Below are positions 12,001 to 18,000 of a DNA stretch of 64,000 bases, one piece after another. Each line of letters starts with the position of its first letter. Position 1 is the first letter of the stretch. The notes beneath the pieces are model-generated. The model was given only the letters and a program-made list of their open reading frames with translations. It was not told the origin of the DNA and did no database searches. This stretch comes from Candidatus Hatepunaea meridiana. Lineage in GTDB: Bacteria; Electryoneota; AABM5-125-24; Hatepunaeales; Hatepunaeaceae. The translations under genes were made by a program, and so were the position numbers. Where the stretch lies: positions 7,033-71,032 of the forward strand of contig JAVCDD010000180.1 in NCBI GenBank assembly GCA_030765125.1. The letters are read 5' to 3'.

Positions 12001-15000
12001 CCACCGGCTTGATCTGCAAGATAAGCGTAGTCACCTGAAACGTAAACTGAAAAAGCTTGACCGGGTGTGTCGAACGCTCCAATCTCATCGGGATCATCGG
12101 GGTTGGAGACATCAATTATACGCAGACCGCTGGCGCCGTCTGCAACGTAGGCAAGATTGTCTTTGTAATAAACAGCATACGCGGCACCCGGGGTGTCGAA
12201 GGTTCCGACCTCATTGGGATTTTCGGGGTCTGAGATGTCGATTATGCGCAGTCCGCTGGCAGCGTCCGCAACGTAAGCATACGAACCAGCAACGTCTATG
12301 CCGGTTGCTTCACCGGGGGTGTCGTAGGAACCGACAGCCTGCGGTTGACCGGGGTCGGATACGTCGACAATCTGCATACCTTCCCAGTAGTCAGCTATGT
12401 AAGCCAGCCCTCGCGAGACGTAGACGCCTTCGGACATTCCGGGCGTTTCGTAATGACCTACCTGCCGGATCTGCGGACCGGTTCCGATGCCGGTTAAATC
12501 AACTTCAATCTCCTCGTTTTGAGGGTCGTTGGAGGTGATGGTCAGTGTGCCAGCGTAATCGATTGTTTCTACAGGTGTAAATGTTACGGTCTGTTCGATG
12601 CTGTTGTCGGGTTCTATGGTGATTTCGTCCTCAAATACGGTTTGGAATACTTCGTCACCCTGAATGGTAATATCAGTGATGATAAGATCCTCATTTCCTA
12701 CATTGGTGATGGTGAGGATAAGATCGCGGTCAATGTCAATGGCAGACTCGCCGAAGTCGAGCGCACCCGGTGAGATCCTGATAGTCGGAGGCTGGGGTTG
12801 CTGTTGGTAGTAGAATGCGCCCATATCGGCACGTGTTTCATCGCTATCCTGGGGCGAGTTCGGATCACCGACGTCTATACAGGGGGAGTCTTCGGTCAGT
12901 TGGAAATCATCATTGTCAAAGTCGGCAAATAAGGGATCCTGATCGATGTTGCCGGCGCCGTTATAACCACCCTGAACGTCAGAATAGGTAATGGTTTGTC
13001 CACCAGGAAGCGCTGCCGGGGTGTTTCCCCAGAATATCGAGTTGACTGCCTGTGTTTGAGCGCCACCCCCTCCAACACCTATTCCGCCGTTACCGCCATC
13101 GGCGTCGTTGTTGGTGAATGTTATGTTATTCAGGAGCGGTTGCGCACCAGTGGTGACATAGATGCCTGCACCTCGTCCGCTGACGTGATTGCCTGTTATC
13201 AATAGATGATGCAATGTAGGATTAGCGCCACGGATGTAAGAGCCGCCGCCGAAGTCGGTATCTGCATTGCGGATTGTGAAGCCTGCGAGGACAGCTTCGT
13301 TTGTCTCACCGTTGCGGAAGACCGTTACGCTTCTGCCGTTGGCGTCACCGTCGATAATGGTCGAAGCGATGTAATCAGGATCACCGGTTGTGATATAGAG
13401 GCTGCCAACGACGATATTCTTACCAATAAAGTCAATGATCTCAGTATAGGTTTCAGGTTGAACCAGTACTGTGTCACCGTCAGCAGCGTTGTCGATTGCT
13501 TCCTGGATGGTGTCGTAGTCGTCCGGAACGTTGATTATAAAATCTCGTCCCGATCCGGAAAGAGCTACTGCGAGATCCTCGTTCTCAGGATCGTCAGATG
13601 CTATGGTAAGTGTTCCAACGAAATCATCAATGTCATCCGGTGAGAAGGTTACGGTTAATTCGCGACTTTCATTCGGTTGGATGACGATCTCATTCTCGAA
13701 ATCGCTGATGAAGTTGTCCCCTTCAATAGTTATATCGGATATAGTCAGATCACCGAAACCGGTGTTGCTGATAGTGAGTATCAGGTCTGCTTCGTCGTCA
13801 ATCGGAACAGCACCGAAGTCCAGGGCATCCGGAGATACGTCAATAGCGGGGATCGCTTCGACACCGATTCCGGTCAGGTTCACATCCAGGTTCTCGTTAT
13901 CCGGATCGTTAGATGTGATTACAAGCGTGCCGGCGAGATCACCGGTATCATCCGGCTGGAAGGTGACAGTTACATCAGAAGTGTTGCCCGGTTCGATGAC
14001 CACTTCATTCTCGAAATCTGAACTGAATATGTCTCCTTCAATAGTAATATCCGAGACATTCAGGTTTTCACGTCCTCTATTTCGGATGGTTAGAATCAGA
14101 TCGGCGCTCTGGTCGACTACTACCTCAGCAAAGTCAAGCGCTTCAGGAGAAACAACGATGCTCGGTCCCTCTGCCTGGAATAACGGGAATGTTCCCATAT
14201 CGGCGCGTGTGCCGTCCGGGTCTTCGGGTGCATCAGGATTGCCTGTATCTTTACAGGGGCTGTCATCGGTCAGGTGAAAATCATCATTGTCGGGATCAAC
14301 GAACAATGGATCTGTATCTATGTTGCCTCTGCCGTTATAACCGCCCTGGATATCAGAGAATGTGATCGTCTGGTTGGCGGGAATATCTGGTGGGGCATTA
14401 TCCCAGAATATGGAGTTTACAATAGTAACCACTGATCCACCGAAAACATCCAGAACACCGTTGTTTTGCTCAGAATCATTGCGGGTCAGGGTAACGTTTG
14501 TCATCGTAGGACTACCGCCGCCATAGGCAATTATCGCACCGCCCCATCTTACGGTATGGTTATCGGTGATCAATAAATGATCCAGTATCGGGCTGCCGCC
14601 ATTACAGAGTATTCCCCCTCCGAAATCAGCGGCGCCGTTGCGAATTGTAAAACCGGACAGGATGGAATTCACTGTCTCACCGTTGGCAAAGGTTACAACG
14701 CTAGTGTTATTAGCATCGCCATCGATTATGGTTGATTCAACGTAATCCGCATCACCTGTAGTAATAAACAGGCTGCCTACAATGATTTCCTTGCCGTTAA
14801 AGTTGATGTTTTCTGTGTATGTCCCGGGCGCTACCAAAACAGTATCCGTGTCGATGGCATTATCAATAGCTTCCTGTATAGTATCGAAATCATCAGGCAC
14901 ATCGTGTACATGATCGAGCGGTTCGATGCCAGTTCCAGTTAAAGCGACGTCAACTTCTTCTTCATTCGGGTCATCGGATGTAATAGTGAGCGTTCCCTGG

Positions 15001-18000
15001 TAATCTTCTATATCATCAGGTGCAAACGTTACCGTAACATCATAACTGTTGTCCGGTTCGATTACGATTTCATCTTCTTCGAAGTCGTGCGTGAAAACAT
15101 CACCTTCAATAGTGATGTCAGTTACGGTCAGATCGGTACGACCATTATTCCTGATTGTGAGCGACAGTTCAGCGCTCAATTCAAGCTCAACCTCTCCAAA
15201 GATAAGTTGAGCCGGTATTACCGATATGTTTGGCTCTTCCGGCAGCTCGAAGTAGAAGGCGCCCATATCATTGCGTGTTTCGTCAGGATCCTGTGGTGAA
15301 TTCGGATCACCTGCATTTATACAAGGGGAGTCTTCAGTTAATTGGAAATCATCATTATCAAAGTCGGCAAATAAGGGATCGGAATCAAGATTCCCTGCTC
15401 CGGCGTATCCACCCTGAACATCGGAATATGTAATAGTCTGACCGCCAGGAAGCGCTGCAGGTGTGTTTCCCCAGAATATCGAGTTGATTACCTGGGTTTG
15501 AGCGCCGCCCCCACCGACTCCGATTCCACCGTTGGCACCGTCGGCATCGTTGTTGGTGAATGTTATGTTATTCAGGAGCGGTTGTGCTCCGGTAGTGGCA
15601 TAAATCCCTGCGCCGCGTCCGCTGACATGGTTGGCGGTTATTAATAGGTGGTGCAATGTTGGACTGGCGTCACGGATGTATGAGCCGCCTCCGAAGTCGG
15701 TATCTGCATTGCGAATTGTGAAACCGGCAAGGACGGCTTCGTTTGTCTCGCCGTTGCGGAAGACCGTTACGCTTCTGCCGTTGGCGTCACCATCAATAAT
15801 GGTCGAAGCGATATAGTCGGGATCACCTGTGGTGATATACAAACTGCCGACAACGATGTTCTTGCCAATAAAGTCAATGATTTCAGTATAGGTCTCAGGT
15901 TGAACCAGCACCGTGTCGCCGTCAACAGCGTTGTCGATTGCTTCCTGAATGGTATCGTAGTCATCCGGAACATTGATTATGTAATCCCGTCCCGATCCTG
16001 AAAGAGCAACAGCGAGATCCTCGTTCTCCGGATCGTTAGATGCTATGGTTAACGTTCCATTAAAATCACCAACGTCATCCGGTGAGAAGGTCACATTTAA
16101 TTCATAGCTGTCATCCGGTTCGATTACAACCTCATTCTCGAAATCGCTGATGAAATTGTCACCTTCAATGGTTACATCGGATATAGTCAGATCACCGAAG
16201 CCGGTGTTGCTGATGGTTAGTATCAAGCCTGCCTCGTCGTCAACCGGAATTGCTCCAAAGTCCAGCGCATCCGGCAATACTACTATTGCAGGAATCGCTT
16301 CGACACCGATTCCGGTCAGGTTCACCTCCAGATCTTCATTGTCCGGATCGTTGGATGTGATTACAAGCGTACCAGCGAAATCTCCGGTAGCATTCGGCTG
16401 GAAGGTAACGATTACTTCAGAAGTGTTGCCTGGCTCGATGACTACTGCATTCTCAAAATTGCTGCGGAAGTTATCCCCCTCAATTGTTATATCGGATACC
16501 CTTAAGTCTTCACGTCCTCTATTTCGGATGGTGAGCGTCAGATCAGCGCCCTGGTCGACTACTACCTCAGCAAAGTCGAGAGCTTCAGGGGAAACAACGA
16601 TACTTGGTCCTTCAACCTGGAACAGCGGGAATGTTCCCATATCAGCGCGTGTGCCGTCCGGGTCTTCGGGTGCATCAGGATTGCCTGTGTCTTTACAGGG
16701 ACTGTCATCGGTCAGGTGAAAATCATCATTGTCGGGGTCAACGAACAATGGGTCTGTATCTATATTGCCTCTGCCGTTATAACCGCCCTGAATGTCGGAG
16801 AAGGTGATTGTTTGGTTAGCCGGTATATCAGGTGGGTCGTTATCCCAGAATATGGAGTTTACAATAGTAACCACTGATCCACCGAAAACATCCAGAGTGC
16901 CGCTATTTTGCTCGGAATCATTACCGGTCAGGGTAACGTTTCTCATCGTAGGACTACCGCCGCCATACGCAATTATCGCACCGCCCCATCTGACGGAATG
17001 GTTGTCGGTGATCAATAAATGATCCAGCATCGGGCTACCGCCATTACAGAGTATTCCCGCTCCGAAGTTAGCACCGCCATTGCGGATAGTAAAACCTGAC
17101 AGGACGGAATTCACTGTCTCACCGTTGGCAAAAGTTACTACGCTCGTGATATTCCCATCACCGTCAATAATTGTTGATTCGACGAAATCTGCATTACCTG
17201 TTGTAATAAATTGACTGCCGACGACGATTTCCTTGCCGCCAAAGTTGATGTTTTCAGTATAAGTTCCGGGCGCTACCAACACAGTATCCGTATCGATGGC
17301 GTTATCGATGGCTTCCTGAATGGTATCGTAGTCGTCGGGAACGTTGATCCTGAAACTTCTCCCGATTCCAGAAAGAGCGACAGCCAACTCTTCGTTCTCC
17401 GGATCATCTGATGCAATAGTAAGTGTCCCATTAAAATCACCTACGTCATCAGGAGAGAATGTAACCGTTAATTCATAACTGTCATCCGGTTCGATTACAA
17501 CCTCATTCTCAAAGTCGCTGCTGAAGTTATCGCCTTCAAAGGTAACGTCCGAAACGGTCAGGTCACCGAAACCCACGTTGGCGATAGTGAGTATCAGATC
17601 CGCATCGCCGTTAACCACTACCGCACCGAAGTCCAAAGCATCTGGAAATGGATCAATAGAAGGGATAGCTTCCACGCCGATTCCTGTCAGATTAACCTCC
17701 AATTCCTCGTTATCCGGATCATTGGATGTAATTACAAGCGTTCCGTTAAAATCACCTGTATCATCAGGCTGGAAAGTGACAGTTACTTCATAAGTGTTGC
17801 CCGGCTCGATGTCCACTTCATTATCAAAATCGCTTCTGAAGATGTTCCCCTCAATCGTTATATCAGATACATTTAAGTCTTCGCGTCCCCTGTTTCTGAT
17901 AGTGAGCGTTAGATCGGCACTCTGGTCGACTACAACCTCAGCAAAGTCAAGCGCTTCAGGAGAAACAACGATACTTGGTCCCTCTGCCTGGAATAGTGGG